From Escherichia phage Ioannina: a stretch of 45,270 nt of DNA. This document shows positions 28,358-37,477 of the stretch, one piece after another. The translations under genes were made by a program, and so were the position numbers. The notes beneath the pieces were generated by a model that saw only the letters and a program-made list of their open reading frames with translations, had not been told where the DNA came from and did no database searches. The stretch is from the sequence record OQ589852.1. One strand, 5' to 3'. How positions within the stretch are numbered: position 1 is the first letter of the stretch; every line of letters starts with the position of its first letter.

Positions 28358-29070
28358 TTTAAATTTTCCTCATTGACTGCAATTGCGAAGCCGCGCGGTG
28401 TGAGCGACCTGATTAATTTAGTGCGGGCGGACTTACCACCGAGCAGACTATACTGTTTGGAGTAACCTTTTTCAACAAATACCGGCTTCTTCTCCGGCAT
28501 CCTGAAGCCGTTCCCCGTCCATAAGCAAGTCAGCTTCGGATATGAATCACGCGCGTTGATATATTCCGGGAATAGCGGGTGCACATCATCTTCCGGCAGG
28601 TAGCCGCCACACTCCCACGGGTTAAACGAGTGATCTGGCTTGCGCCACTGGGTGGATAGCACACTGCGCGGATTCTCTATCATATATGGCACTTCGAAGA
28701 AGTCACCGAGAAAGGCCGCTATCTTAGCGGTGCGCACTGCCTTAATCTGGAATGCTGGGTCTTTAGCGCGTTTGCGCGGGAAAGCTGGCGCGCCGCTAAC
28801 TGCCAGGTCGGTGCATGGCGGAAAGGCGTAAATAATATCGGGTGTGCCAAACTCGCCCGCCATAGCGCGGTCTACGAAGTCCAGATCGATAAACACGTTC
28901 TTATAGCGAATGCCGCGCCCATAAAGCCGGTAGTGGTTGTAGGAGCCGTGGTCGGCCCCGTCAAAGTTAAAGCAGGTGCACTTATGCCCCATCTCGGCAG
29001 CACGCTCGATCATAAGGCCGCTGCCGTCGAATAATGACCAGATGTTTAGTATCCTAACTCGCTTATTCAC
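28354..29070 (-). CDS. DNA cytosine-C5 methyltransferase-like protein (short, atypical)
   Basis: LFDGSG (motif I-like), FPPCTDLAVSG (PC catalytic motif-like), IENP (ENV-like); only 238 aa, so the target-recognition region is reduced or absent. Confidence 0.45.
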   Translation of the reverse strand: MNKRVRILNIWSLFDGSGLMIERAAEMGHKCTCFNFDGADHGSYNHYRLYGRGIRYKNVFIDLDFVDRAMAGEFGTPDIIYAFPPCTDLAVSGAPAFPRKRAKDPAFQIKAVRTAKIAAFLGDFFEVPYMIENPRSVLSTQWRKPDHSFNPWECGGYLPEDDVHPLFPEYINARDSYPKLTCLWTGNGFRMPEKKPVFVEKGYSKQYSLLGGKSARTKLIRSLTPRGFAIAVNEENLK

Positions 29071-30713
29071 TTGCGGCCTCGCTTCTTCTCTTTCATATAT
29101 TCCATCAGTTCATCCTGGATGTCGCGCTTACCATCACGGCGGCTTGCCACTAACTCGTCGAGCGTGCCGCGGGCCTGGATAATGTAGACGAATACCGGGC
29201 GCGGGTGTCCGGCCTGCATCTGGCGCACCGGTCCGATACGTTCGACGATCTGCGCGAAGTGCTCAAAGTTCCACGTATCCGAGAAGATAGCGAGGTGGTG
29301 TCCGCCGTCCTGTAAGTTAAGACCGTGGCCTGCCGATGCCGGGTGTGCAAACATGATCGGAATCTCGCCCCGGTTCCACGCTTCCATATCCTTAACGCCT
29401 TGCTTGCCCTTACCCATTGCGACACCCTGCGGGAATTTCTTCTTAAGGCGGGCTAGGTCGTGCTTGTACTGGTAGGCCACAAGCAGCGGTGCGCCGTTAA
29501 GTTCTTCTACGATACTTTCCAGGGCGTCAAGTTTGGCGTCGTGGATTTTCTCCCACTCGTCGGTCCGCTCGCCGTCGTCGTCAACCTTATACACAGCGCC
29601 AGATGCAAGCTGGAGGCATTTAATCGTCTTAGAGGCAGCGTTGGCGGCCTCCACTGTTCCGCTTTCCAGTTCGGCAAATAGCTCGCTCTCGAACTGGTCG
29701 TAAATCTTGCGGGCTTTCTTCGGCAGGTCAACCAGCACCGGCGTGTAAATCGGCTTGTCACACCCGAAGTATTCAGCCGCGTCAACCGTTAGCGAAATAT
29801 CAGCCAGCTTTGCGTGAATCTCTTTTTCGGAGTTTTTCAGCGGGGAGTGCTGCATAGTGAAGCTGCCAGGCGCAACCGGCTTACTTATGAACCAGCGGTC
29901 GGTGAATGCTTTATAGCTACTGCCGAGGCGTTCGCCACCGTCAACAAACCAGTTCTGCCCCCACACATCCTTAAGCCCGTTGGGTGCTGGCGTACCGGTC
30001 AGGTTAATCCAGCGCTTGACGTGCTTATGTGCGATCGCCGCCAGTGCGCGAGCACGTTTACTGCCCTGCTTACTGCGGTAGCCTTTCAGCTTAGTGGACT
30101 CATCGGCAACAACGACCGTAAAAGGCCACTCCTCGCCGCAATAGTTCACAAGCCACTCAACCACATCATAGTTGATGCACACGACGTTCGCGCCGCTCTC
30201 AAGCGCTGTAATGCGGTCCTTCTCCGGTCCGGTGCCGTCTACTACCTGAAGCGATGAGAATCCCCATTTATCTTGTTCCGGGGGCCACGTACCGGACGCA
30301 ACGCGCAACGGGGCCAGCACCAGCACGCGGTCTTCTCCGTGGTTCAGGATGCCGGTCTGGAACATCTTGTTCAGCGCCCACATGGTAGCGCCAGTCTTTC
30401 CCGATCCCATCGTCGCCCAGATATTACAGCGGGCGTGTTTAATGATGAAAGACGTGATTAACTTTTGGTACTCGCGCCTGCGAAAACGTGCCATCTTGTT
30501 ACGCCTTTTCCAGACTTCTGTTTCATGGTGCCAATTCCTCGTCGTAGCGGTCCAGTTAAATTCGTGCCCCACATGCACGCCGGTCGCCCGGAAGCCTTTA
30601 AACTTCTGCCAGCACACAGTTAACGGCAGCGGCTCGCGCATTGCGGCGATATACCATACGCGATCGCCGGGTTTGCAGTCGCCAAGTGTGGTAAGGCGGT
30701 AATGTTCTTTCAT
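29067..30713 (-). CDS. SNF2-like ATP-dependent helicase
   Basis: Walker A MGSGKTG, DEST box (VVADESTKLK), LTGTPAPNGL motif III; start taken at MKEHYRL after GGAGA RBS. Confidence 0.8.
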   Translation of the reverse strand: MKEHYRLTTLGDCKPGDRVWYIAAMREPLPLTVCWQKFKGFRATGVHVGHEFNWTATTRNWHHETEVWKRRNKMARFRRREYQKLITSFIIKHARCNIWATMGSGKTGATMWALNKMFQTGILNHGEDRVLVLAPLRVASGTWPPEQDKWGFSSLQVVDGTGPEKDRITALESGANVVCINYDVVEWLVNYCGEEWPFTVVVADESTKLKGYRSKQGSKRARALAAIAHKHVKRWINLTGTPAPNGLKDVWGQNWFVDGGERLGSSYKAFTDRWFISKPVAPGSFTMQHSPLKNSEKEIHAKLADISLTVDAAEYFGCDKPIYTPVLVDLPKKARKIYDQFESELFAELESGTVEAANAASKTIKCLQLASGAVYKVDDDGERTDEWEKIHDAKLDALESIVEELNGAPLLVAYQYKHDLARLKKKFPQGVAMGKGKQGVKDMEAWNRGEIPIMFAHPASAGHGLNLQDGGHHLAIFSDTWNFEHFAQIVERIGPVRQMQAGHPRPVFVYIIQARGTLDELVASRRDGKRDIQDELMEYMKEKKRGRK

Positions 30714-30721
30714 CGTCATGT

Positions 30722-30748
30722 CTCCAAAAAGGCGGGACTAGCCCGCCA
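30722..30748 (-). terminator. minus-strand hairpin terminator/attenuator
   Basis: GCGGGCTAGTCCCGCC followed by TTTTT on the minus strand, between the Zn-ribbon gene and the helicase. Confidence 0.5.
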
Positions 30749-30754
30749 TGTTGA

Positions 30755-30958
30755 TTATTCGCGTTCTTCACGATAGCGGCGCTGCCGTTCTCGTTCGGCC
30801 TTGTTCCGGCACGATTTACACTGCGCACGATACCCGTCGGGGCTACGTGCTGTTTTGCCAGTGTACTTATGAAATTGCGATAGCGGTTTAACACAGCCGC
30901 ATTGGCTGCAACGTTTTTCTTCAATCATCTTAAATGCCTCGTTAGTCCTAACCTGCAC
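30755..30958 (-). CDS. zinc-ribbon protein
   Basis: CSQCGC…CKSCRNK (two CxxC pairs), basic C-terminus. Confidence 0.4.
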   Translation of the reverse strand: MQVRTNEAFKMIEEKRCSQCGCVKPLSQFHKYTGKTARSPDGYRAQCKSCRNKAERERQRRYREERE

Positions 30959-30967
30959 ACTATAACT

Positions 30968-31246
30968 TTATGCGACCAATTCCGCAACCAATAAATCAGC
31001 GTCGTGAATGTTGTCGATTACGCGAACGTCGGCCCCGCGCTTCGCCATGCGCTCATGTTCACGTACCTGGTGCGGCTTCGGCTTACCACCGGGGCGCTTC
31101 ACTTCAACGAATACGACTCTGCCGTTGATGATGATAATCAGGTCGGGAGCGCCGGTACGCCCTTCCCATGCCATTTTACGGCAGAATCCACCTGCCTCTT
31201 TTACCTCTTTCATCAGGTGACTTTGCATCTTGCCCTCAGGAGTCAT
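30968..31246 (-). CDS. VRR-NUC domain nuclease
   Basis: 92 aa; GAPDLIIIINGRVVFVEVKRPGG is a PD-(D/E)xK core of VRR-NUC type. Confidence 0.65.
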   Translation of the reverse strand: MTPEGKMQSHLMKEVKEAGGFCRKMAWEGRTGAPDLIIIINGRVVFVEVKRPGGKPKPHQVREHERMAKRGADVRVIDNIHDADLLVAELVA

Positions 31247-33537
31247 TATTTTCTATACCTGTACATGATGTCGCCTTCAGCGGCGAGCGGGAAGCCCTTA
31301 GCCCACACCGGCAGATCGCACATTAACCGGCATAACTCTTCCGTCGTGTAATCGTCCGTGTCCGGCACTTCGGTGATTAATTCATCGTGCACCGACAGGA
31401 CGATTTCGTATCCCGCCGCTTCGACGCCAGGCATTGCCCATGCGAGAATATCGCGGCACAGCGCCTGTACAATGTTCTCTGTCAGTTTGCCGCCGTAGGT
31501 GTACTGGAAGCCCCACTGGCGCGTCGTCTGATTCTCGCCCTGATATTTAATGCGGGTGTTGGTTTTCTTCTTGCCGGTGTCTTCGTCAACTTCAGTAGTT
31601 ACTGACAGCGCAATGCCAGGATAGCTCATGATACGACCCGACGGCAACTCGACTTTCAGCCACCAGCCGGGCGCGTCTGGGTCGTCCCGCTCATCGTCAA
31701 ACGTCGGGTCGTGCTTAGCCTTCGTGCGCATGATTTTAAGCGCCTGTTTGCCGTCTGGACGCACGTTAGCACCGGCCCAGTATGATTTGCCCGGATTGCG
31801 GATTGCGCACAGCACAGCGTCTTCCAGTTCGGCCCAGAATCTAACCGTTTCCGGGTGGGACTCACGCCACATACGCTTGATCGCATCGCAGGTAAGCCAC
31901 ACGTTCTTCGGCAGGATGTAAGTCGGTCGCTCGTCTTTCTTGCCAGGCTTCGGCGGACGCTTCGCTTCATTAATCCTCGCGTACTCGTACCCGCGTTTCG
32001 CTGCGGCCCATATGTGATCCGGGAACGTGCCTTTCATCACGTCTGCCATCGCATACAGGTCAAGACCCAGGTTTTTGGCAAACTGCAAGAACGCCGCAAC
32101 GCCACCACCATAGCCGAGGCCCAATTCACAGGCCTTACCGATCTGGCGAAGGTCTTTGCGGTTGGCCTTGATATAATCCGGGTCGAGGCCGAACATCTTA
32201 CCGGCAGTTTCGCAATAAATATCGCGTCCCGCCTTAAAGACCATCAACGCAGTTTTCTCGCCCGCAATCCAGGCAAGGCCGCGTCCTTCCACGTTGGAGT
32301 AGTCCGCTACAACAAACTTCTTACCCTTAGCCGGGATAATGCAGCCGCGTACGGTCGATGCTGTCAGCTTAGATATGTCGTACGCCCAGTGTGCGGTCCC
32401 GCGTAATAGGGAATTGATGCCGTTGGTTAGCATGTGCGACCGGACCCAAAACGACACGTCGCTTTCACCATCACGGCGCTTGATCTTGCCTTCGTGGTCG
32501 TCGCTGTACTCGCCACGCGCCAGGTTTTGAGGCTGAAAACTTTTACCGGCCCAGCGCAATGTTCGTTTAGCACCACCATACTGAAGACAACCACGGCGGC
32601 GACCGTCAGACGACAGACCGTTAACGAGCGGATTGTATTTGGTCGACGCCGTTGATGACGCACCGAGGCGCATTTCAATCAGAACTTTGCCCTCGTCCGG
32701 GAAGTCCGGGTCTTCCAGCAAATCATTCAGTGTGGATTTCTGCGCGTTATGGATAGTGAAAGCTGGCGCAATATCTCGTAACAACGGCAGGAAATCATTT
32801 CCGGTCAGCTTACCGCCAAACTTCTCCATCGCTTCTTCTTTCAGTTCTTCCTTGTGCGCTTCAACGGCCTTGATGGCGGCGTAGGCCAGTTCGGTGTCCA
32901 CGTTGAAGCCGCGGTCATTGATCAACTGGTCAATTGCCAGTATCTGGTCTTCCTTCGGAGTATTACCCCAATCCGGGATACGCCAGTACACTTCACGCAT
33001 CGCGATAATATCGAAGCGTGCATACTTGAGGAATTTGGCCCACTCTTCCGGGTGAGTCTCGCGAGTGTAGCGACGGACTTTGTAAGTCTTCGGCGTTGGC
33101 TTACAGAATCGCTTAATCAGCGCCTTGCCCGCTTTATCTTTCGCATGTTCAGCGTCAACGCCCAATACCTGGCATTGCATGTCAAGGCTGCCGGGGAGGG
33201 CGTGGCGGAAGGCCATAATCATGGTGTCTTCGATCTGGCAAACCGGCAGGTCAATACCCCACTTCTCACGGATAACCAGGCGGTCAAACAGGAGGCCGTT
33301 AGCCATTACGATTTTTGCTTTCTTGCGGACTACCGCACGCAATGCCTTACGCAGTTCACTCGGCATCTTCGGCGATTCAGTAGCGTCCCACGTCTGAACA
33401 CGGCCTTCATCAATGGCGTAGGTGCAGATCATGATTTCCGTGGTTGGGTGTTCTGCATACGCGTATGCGCCGACCTTCTTCAGATCAACGCCGCTAAACG
33501 TTTCGGTATCGAGGAATAGTCGTTCGAAGTTCATTGT
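31246..33537 (-). CDS. DNA polymerase, family A, with 3'-5' exonuclease domain
   Basis: Exo I motif FLDTETFSG; Pol motif A DYSNVEGR; motif B RQIGKACELGLGYGGG; motif C SVHDEL; start at MNFERLF with RBS. Confidence 0.9.
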   Translation of the reverse strand, partial: TMNFERLFLDTETFSGVDLKKVGAYAYAEHPTTEIMICTYAIDEGRVQTWDATESPKMPSELRKALRAVVRKKAKIVMANGLLFDRLVIREKWGIDLPVCQIEDTMIMAFRHALPGSLDMQCQVLGVDAEHAKDKAGKALIKRFCKPTPKTYKVRRYTRETHPEEWAKFLKYARFDIIAMREVYWRIPDWGNTPKEDQILAIDQLINDRGFNVDTELAYAAIKAVEAHKEELKEEAMEKFGGKLTGNDFLPLLRDIAPAFTIHNAQKSTLNDLLEDPDFPDEGKVLIEMRLGASSTASTKYNPLVNGLSSDGRRRGCLQYGGAKRTLRWAGKSFQPQNLARGEYSDDHEGKIKRRDGESDVSFWVRSHMLTNGINSLLRGTAHWAYDISKLTASTVRGCIIPAKGKKFVVADYSNVEGRGLAWIAGEKTALMVFKAGRDIYCETAGKMFGLDPDYIKANRKDLRQIGKACELGLGYGGGVAAFLQFAKNLGLDLYAMADVMKGTFPDHIWAAAKRGYEYARINEAKRPPKPGKKDERPTYILPKNVWLTCDAIKRMWRESHPETVRFWAELEDAVLCAIRNPGKSYWAGANVRPDGKQALKIMRTKAKHDPTFDDERDDPDAPGWWLKVELPSGRIMSYPGIALSVTTEVDEDTGKKKTNTRIKYQGENQTTRQWGFQYTYGGKLTENIVQALCRDILAWAMPGVEAAGYEIVLSVHDELITEVPDTDDYTTEELCRLMCDLPVWAKGFPLAAEGDIMYRYRK

Positions 33538-33664
33538 TTCACCCTTACCACGGCCTCGGCGTTCTGTTTCACTTCGGCAACCGTGAAGTATTCGCCCAGG
33601 AATTTGGACCACACGCGCATTCCCGGTTTCACATCTTTAGCTTTAATTCTCATTACATTGTCCT

Positions 33665-33690
33665 ATGAAAAAGCCCGCATAAAGCGGGCT
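33665..33690 (-). terminator. minus-strand rho-independent terminator after the SSB gene
   Basis: AGCCCGC-TTTATG-CGGGCTT followed by TTTT on the minus strand, just after the frame-B stop. Confidence 0.6.
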
Positions 33691-33709
33691 TGAGTAGTGG
33701 GCTTTGCCC

Positions 33710-34482
33710 TTAGCGGCGTCGACGTTTACGTGGTGCTTCGTCTTCGTCATCATCGTCATCTTCATCGCGTGACTTGCGACGTTTACGCGGCTTATCGTCT
33801 TCATCGTCGTCATCTTCATCACGGCGGCGCTTAGACTTGCGCGGTTTTTCATCTTCATCATCGTCGTCACGACGTTTTGACTTTTTGGATTTACGCGGTG
33901 CTTCGTCTTCGTCATCATCCAGGTCGTCGTCAGAGCAATATGCACCGCGCCGCCACCGAAGGAATCCCCATCATCACGGAAGCGCATACCCAGCAGACCA
34001 CAGCCTAAGCCTTTGCCGTTGGTATTGTTCCAGGCCCAAATATCTAAGGAAACGTTGCAATAGCAACCGGAATAGATTTCCTTCCCTTCGATTTCGTCGC
34101 CGTCGATGGTCAGACCCTGCTCCGTCTGCTTCTCGCCTTCGGAAGTCTGGATGATCGGCTGTTTGAATGATTTAGCGTTGATATACAGCTTACCTTCAAA
34201 CTCTTCCGTTACTTCTTCACGCTCATCACCATCTCGAACGGCACATTCTTTCGAATCCTGCGCGTAGTGGCGGTCCATCCACTTATCGGCGTTCTTCTCA
34301 GACTTCAGTTTTTCGGTGAGCACTGCGCGTGCCGCCGCTTCCACTTTGTCCACCTGCGGATCTTCTTTATCAAGAATAATCACCGCACGATATGCCGGTT
34401 TTTGTCCATCCTGTTTAGGGGTATCACGCTCCCAAATTTTCAGGAAGCATACACGTACATTTTTCAGGTTGACTTTAGCCAT
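33710..34482 (-). CDS. ssDNA-binding protein with tandem acidic/basic C-terminal repeats; two halves in different frames
   Basis: N-terminal domain from MAKVNLKNVRVCF (GAGGA RBS) is open in one frame; the C-terminal tail (four DDDDEDE-PRK-KRR units) is open only in the -1 frame and ends at 33710 ahead of the terminator. Confidence 0.5.
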
Positions 34483-34578
34483 TTTCCAATTCCTCATTTC
34501 ACATGTATCGGGGTTATTAGAAGCCACCCCGTCCGGCTTGGTTGCTAATGTACTTGGTTGCGTTTCCGCGGTCAAGTG

Positions 34579-34812
34579 TTATTTATCAAAAAGTTTTAAA
34601 ATCAGGTCGAGATATTTGTGCAGCCACACCAGTGGAGGGCGGTGCACGTTGTTTTCCATCCAGTTCAAACAGGCTTCGTTATAGCCGTCGTCCCATAAGC
34701 GGGATGGGTGGCGAATCATCCAGGCCAGCGCCAGCAGACCGCCGCAGGTATGTACTACGAATCCCAGCGCCGCAAGCGGCAGCACCATAATCATTGCCAG
34801 AATCTTATTCAT
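34579..34812 (-). CDS. small membrane protein
   Basis: About 77 aa from MNKILAMIMVLPLAALGF; two predicted TM helices. Confidence 0.4.
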   Translation of the reverse strand: MNKILAMIMVLPLAALGFVVHTCGGLLALAWMIRHPSRLWDDGYNEACLNWMENNVHRPPLVWLHKYLDLILKLFDK

Positions 34813-36235
34813 CGCCCAAATCCTCGTCTCTTGCTTCTTGCCATTCCGGGCGCGGGTCGTCAACTGGTGCCAGGACCGGTTTCGCCGGCGCACGCGTGAT
34901 TTTATCTTGCAGTTTCGCCCACACTTTCGGTTTCTCATCCTTCAGCACCTTCTCGGCATCAGTAGGGCTGATTAATGATTCCTTGTACATCAGGTCGCGC
35001 TTGATCCGGGCCGTTGTGAATACTGCGATAACTTCGCTTTCATCCTTCCACTTACGCGCACCTTCACGACCAGCTACCAGCTTCAGGCCCAGCGCTTCGC
35101 CGTCACCGGCTAACACTGCTTTGAATACGGCAGCCTCGATCGCTTTGATGTGCTGGCGCATGGTTTCCAGGCCGTCGTAAGCCTTCTTCAGTTCTTCCGT
35201 GGTCATAGCACCGGCTGGCGCTTCTTTCTTTCCACGCTTCGCACGTCGGGCAGCTTTCCGGGCTTCGAGGTCCATGTTCAGGTCGTGGTTTTTGCATTCT
35301 TCCTCGGCGGCAATGCTTACATCGTCGCCCAGGTCTTCGTCGGTTGCCGTTGGTGGCGTCATTGTGTCGATGGCGGCTTTAGCGCGGGCACTACATTGGT
35401 CCGCAAATCGACACCACTGACACGCATCGGCGCTCGGACGGAAGTCTGCACGGGTGAGATTCTTCTTACCCTTAGCGAGGGCATCCAGGGCGGCTACTGC
35501 GCGTTTTGCTGCGTACTTGGCGAAGATTTCCAGTGCTTCCACCGAAATATCCCACTCCGACGCCCCGCCGCAATACGGCTGGAATATGACCAGGCGCACG
35601 GTTGTTATGTCGTACATCTTTTGCAGCTTGCGCAGCAGTCCGAGCGCATACAGCATAAGCTGTTTGTTCTCTTTCGCCTCGACCTTATGGCGTCCGGTCT
35701 TCAGGTCGCCCACAATGAGCATGTACGTGCCGTCGGTCTTCTTCATTACCATAACCATATCGGCAGTACCGAAGGTCTTGATCGCTTCGCCGTCAATCTC
35801 GTAGCCTTTGTGCAGGACGCGAGTCAGATCCGCGCGCATCTCAAGCTGGACAAACTCGGCAACTTCAAGCAGCGGTCGCCAGTGGTCGATGTACGCGTCG
35901 CACTGTTTCACCATGTCGTCAGTTACCAGGATGGCGTCCTTAGGTGCTTTCGCTGCCGCTTTAACTGGTCCTTTACCCTGATTTTCGACGTAGCACCCTT
36001 TATATGTCTTCGCCGTGATGTGGTCTTCGCCTGCAATGATGCGGTTTAGTACCACTTCAGATACGGTGTGCATACTCGTACCGTTGATCGCGGCTTGCCC
36101 GGATTCGTTCGGAATACCTTTCTCCACCACCAGGGCGGCGGGACACCCCATCCATTTTTTAGCGCCGGATGGGCCGAGTAATGAGTGTTCTGTATTACTG
36201 CCGGATTGCGTCTTGCGCTTCGCTTTGATAGCCAT
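34805..36235 (-). CDS. Cas4-like PD-(D/E)xK exonuclease with Fe-S Cys cluster and long C-terminal extension
   Basis: N-terminal Cys plus GDLKTGRHK and QLMLYALGL core motifs and C-x2-C-x5-C (CQWCRFADQC); about 200 aa charged C-terminal region of unknown role. Confidence 0.65.
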   Translation of the reverse strand: MAIKAKRKTQSGSNTEHSLLGPSGAKKWMGCPAALVVEKGIPNESGQAAINGTSMHTVSEVVLNRIIAGEDHITAKTYKGCYVENQGKGPVKAAAKAPKDAILVTDDMVKQCDAYIDHWRPLLEVAEFVQLEMRADLTRVLHKGYEIDGEAIKTFGTADMVMVMKKTDGTYMLIVGDLKTGRHKVEAKENKQLMLYALGLLRKLQKMYDITTVRLVIFQPYCGGASEWDISVEALEIFAKYAAKRAVAALDALAKGKKNLTRADFRPSADACQWCRFADQCSARAKAAIDTMTPPTATDEDLGDDVSIAAEEECKNHDLNMDLEARKAARRAKRGKKEAPAGAMTTEELKKAYDGLETMRQHIKAIEAAVFKAVLAGDGEALGLKLVAGREGARKWKDESEVIAVFTTARIKRDLMYKESLISPTDAEKVLKDEKPKVWAKLQDKITRAPAKPVLAPVDDPRPEWQEARDEDLGDE

Positions 36236-36438
36236 TATTCGACCCTCGTAAATTGAGCAATATAATAATCATGCTTAATTCCTGCTTTCGCCGCGGCGTT
36301 ATTCATTGTCGCTGCCAGTTCTTTCGCTTGCATCCAGCAACAATTCCAGTTCTGATTCATAATTATTTCCGGCTGTTCGTCGCCGGTGTTACGGCAGCGA
36401 AATAAAATAAAGAAAATACTCATTATGGCGTCTCCCAA
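36235..36438 (-). CDS. hypothetical small protein
   Basis: 67 aa ORF in early operon; no motif. Confidence 0.3.
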   Translation of the reverse strand: MGDAIMSIFFILFRCRNTGDEQPEIIMNQNWNCCWMQAKELAATMNNAAAKAGIKHDYYIAQFTRVE

Positions 36439-36674
36439 CGGTCAATAGTTTTTGCTTCAGACCCAACTGCAAAGCGAACATATTCGTGATTCGAGTCCGC
36501 CCATAAATAAAAGTCTGGATTAGCGAAGGTCGTGCGTTTAATTTGTGCCGGTGTTTCCCGCTTCTTACTAATTACGGCAACGCGGGATTGAAAGGGGCCG
36601 GTGCGCTCGAATAGCCAGTAGTACGGGCGCTGGTCGCGCGAGTCCACCGCTTCAATTAATGTGAATCGTGCCAT
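36423..36674 (-). CDS. hypothetical protein
   Basis: 83 aa; second gene of the leftward early operon. Confidence 0.35.
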   Translation of the reverse strand: MARFTLIEAVDSRDQRPYYWLFERTGPFQSRVAVISKKRETPAQIKRTTFANPDFYLWADSNHEYVRFAVGSEAKTIDRWETP

Positions 36675-36689
36675 TGTCTCGTCTCTTTA

Positions 36690-36712
36690 AAAATAGGCCC
36701 GCAGAATAGCGG
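36690..36712 (-). terminator. minus-strand attenuator hairpin after first early gene
   Basis: GGCCCGC-TATTCT-GCGGGCC followed by TATTTTT on the minus strand. Confidence 0.5.
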
Positions 36713-36722
36713 GCCGGGTATA

Positions 36723-37225
36723 TTAGTCTTCCAGTTCGAAATAGGTTTCGACTATTTCTTTCAGTTCGGTGTGGAAGTCTTCAACGTCGTCATCTTCCAG
36801 CTTAGCCACAGTCTTGATTTCGAACGATTCCAGCAGGTCGTCAAATTCGTCGTTCGCGTCGTCATCGTCACCGCCTGCAATGATTGCCGCGTATTGTGCA
36901 ATTTCATCGCGCATTTCTTTCAGTGGATCGGCGTCTTTCTTAGCCTTCACTTTGCCCTTGCCTTTGGCTGGCTTTTCTTCCGGTTCGTCTTCGTCGTCGT
37001 CATCTTCTACGACTTCTTTTTTCGCCTTGCCCTTAGCCGTGGACTTCTTAGCAGGTTTCTTATCTTCCTGCTCGTTATCTTCGTCTTTGGCTTCTTCTTT
37101 CTTAGCCTTAGACGGTTTCTTATCTTCCTGCTTACCAACGGCAGCGCCCTGGGTTTCGTAATGTTTAGCGATGGTTTCCAGTGCTACTACGCCGCGAGTA
37201 ATCAGATTCAGGATTTGCTCAAACA
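36723..37225 (-). CDS. first early protein, highly charged low-complexity with very acidic C-terminus
   Basis: About 167 aa from MFEQILNL; lysine-rich blocks alternating with DDDDEDE-type blocks; promoter-proximal in the early operon. Confidence 0.45.
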
Positions 37226-37269
37226 TGGTGTGTCTCCGTTTAGTTAAAAGTGAATGTCGTTTCGACGAG

Positions 37270-37305
37270 GTGAATAATAGATTGGTTGCAGGATGGGTGT
37301 CAACA
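37270..37305 (-). promoter_or_regulatory. leftward early promoter (TTGACA-N18-TATTAT)
   Basis: Consensus -35 hexamer on the minus strand, with a TGCAACCAAT copy in the spacer. Confidence 0.6.
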
Positions 37306-37414
37306 ACTAATTTAAAAAAAAAATCCCCGAAGCAAAACGCAACGGGGATAACCATAAGAGACAATGAGACTGGTTTTATTATTACACGCGCGCGCACCCG
37401 TTTCAATATACAAA

Positions 37415-37450
37415 ACAGTTGACACCGGTTTAATTTGGGTGTAGTTTCTT
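37415..37450 (+). promoter_or_regulatory. rightward promoter for the HTH regulator and primase operon (TTGACA-N17-TAGTTT)
   Basis: Plus-strand TTGACA about 55 nt upstream of the ATG; GGTGTCAAC…GTTGACACC inverted repeats flank the divergent region. Confidence 0.5.
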
Positions 37451-37477
37451 TGGTCATTAACCAACAGGAGACGGATT

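Noticed and set aside
33643-33950. Continuation of the SSB N-terminal frame as an M/T/K-rich tail
   Set aside because: It reads the repeat out of frame, crosses the terminator hairpin and nearly abuts the polymerase start; the -1 frame is the one with protein-like repeats and synonymous variation.
33774-34154. Plus-strand Ser/Arg-rich ORF of 126 aa
   Set aside because: It is the antisense reading of the SSB acidic/basic tandem repeat; low-complexity shadow ORF.
36769-37247. Two overlapping plus-strand ORFs (130 and 158 aa)
   Set aside because: Antisense to the charged early gene, low-complexity Ser/Phe-rich translations, and no RBS.
37312-37346. A10 tract plus CCCCG…CGGGG hairpin in the divergent control region as a minus-strand terminator
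   Set aside because: No upstream minus-strand gene needs terminating there; more likely a curvature element or leader structure of the divergent promoters. Noted but not called.
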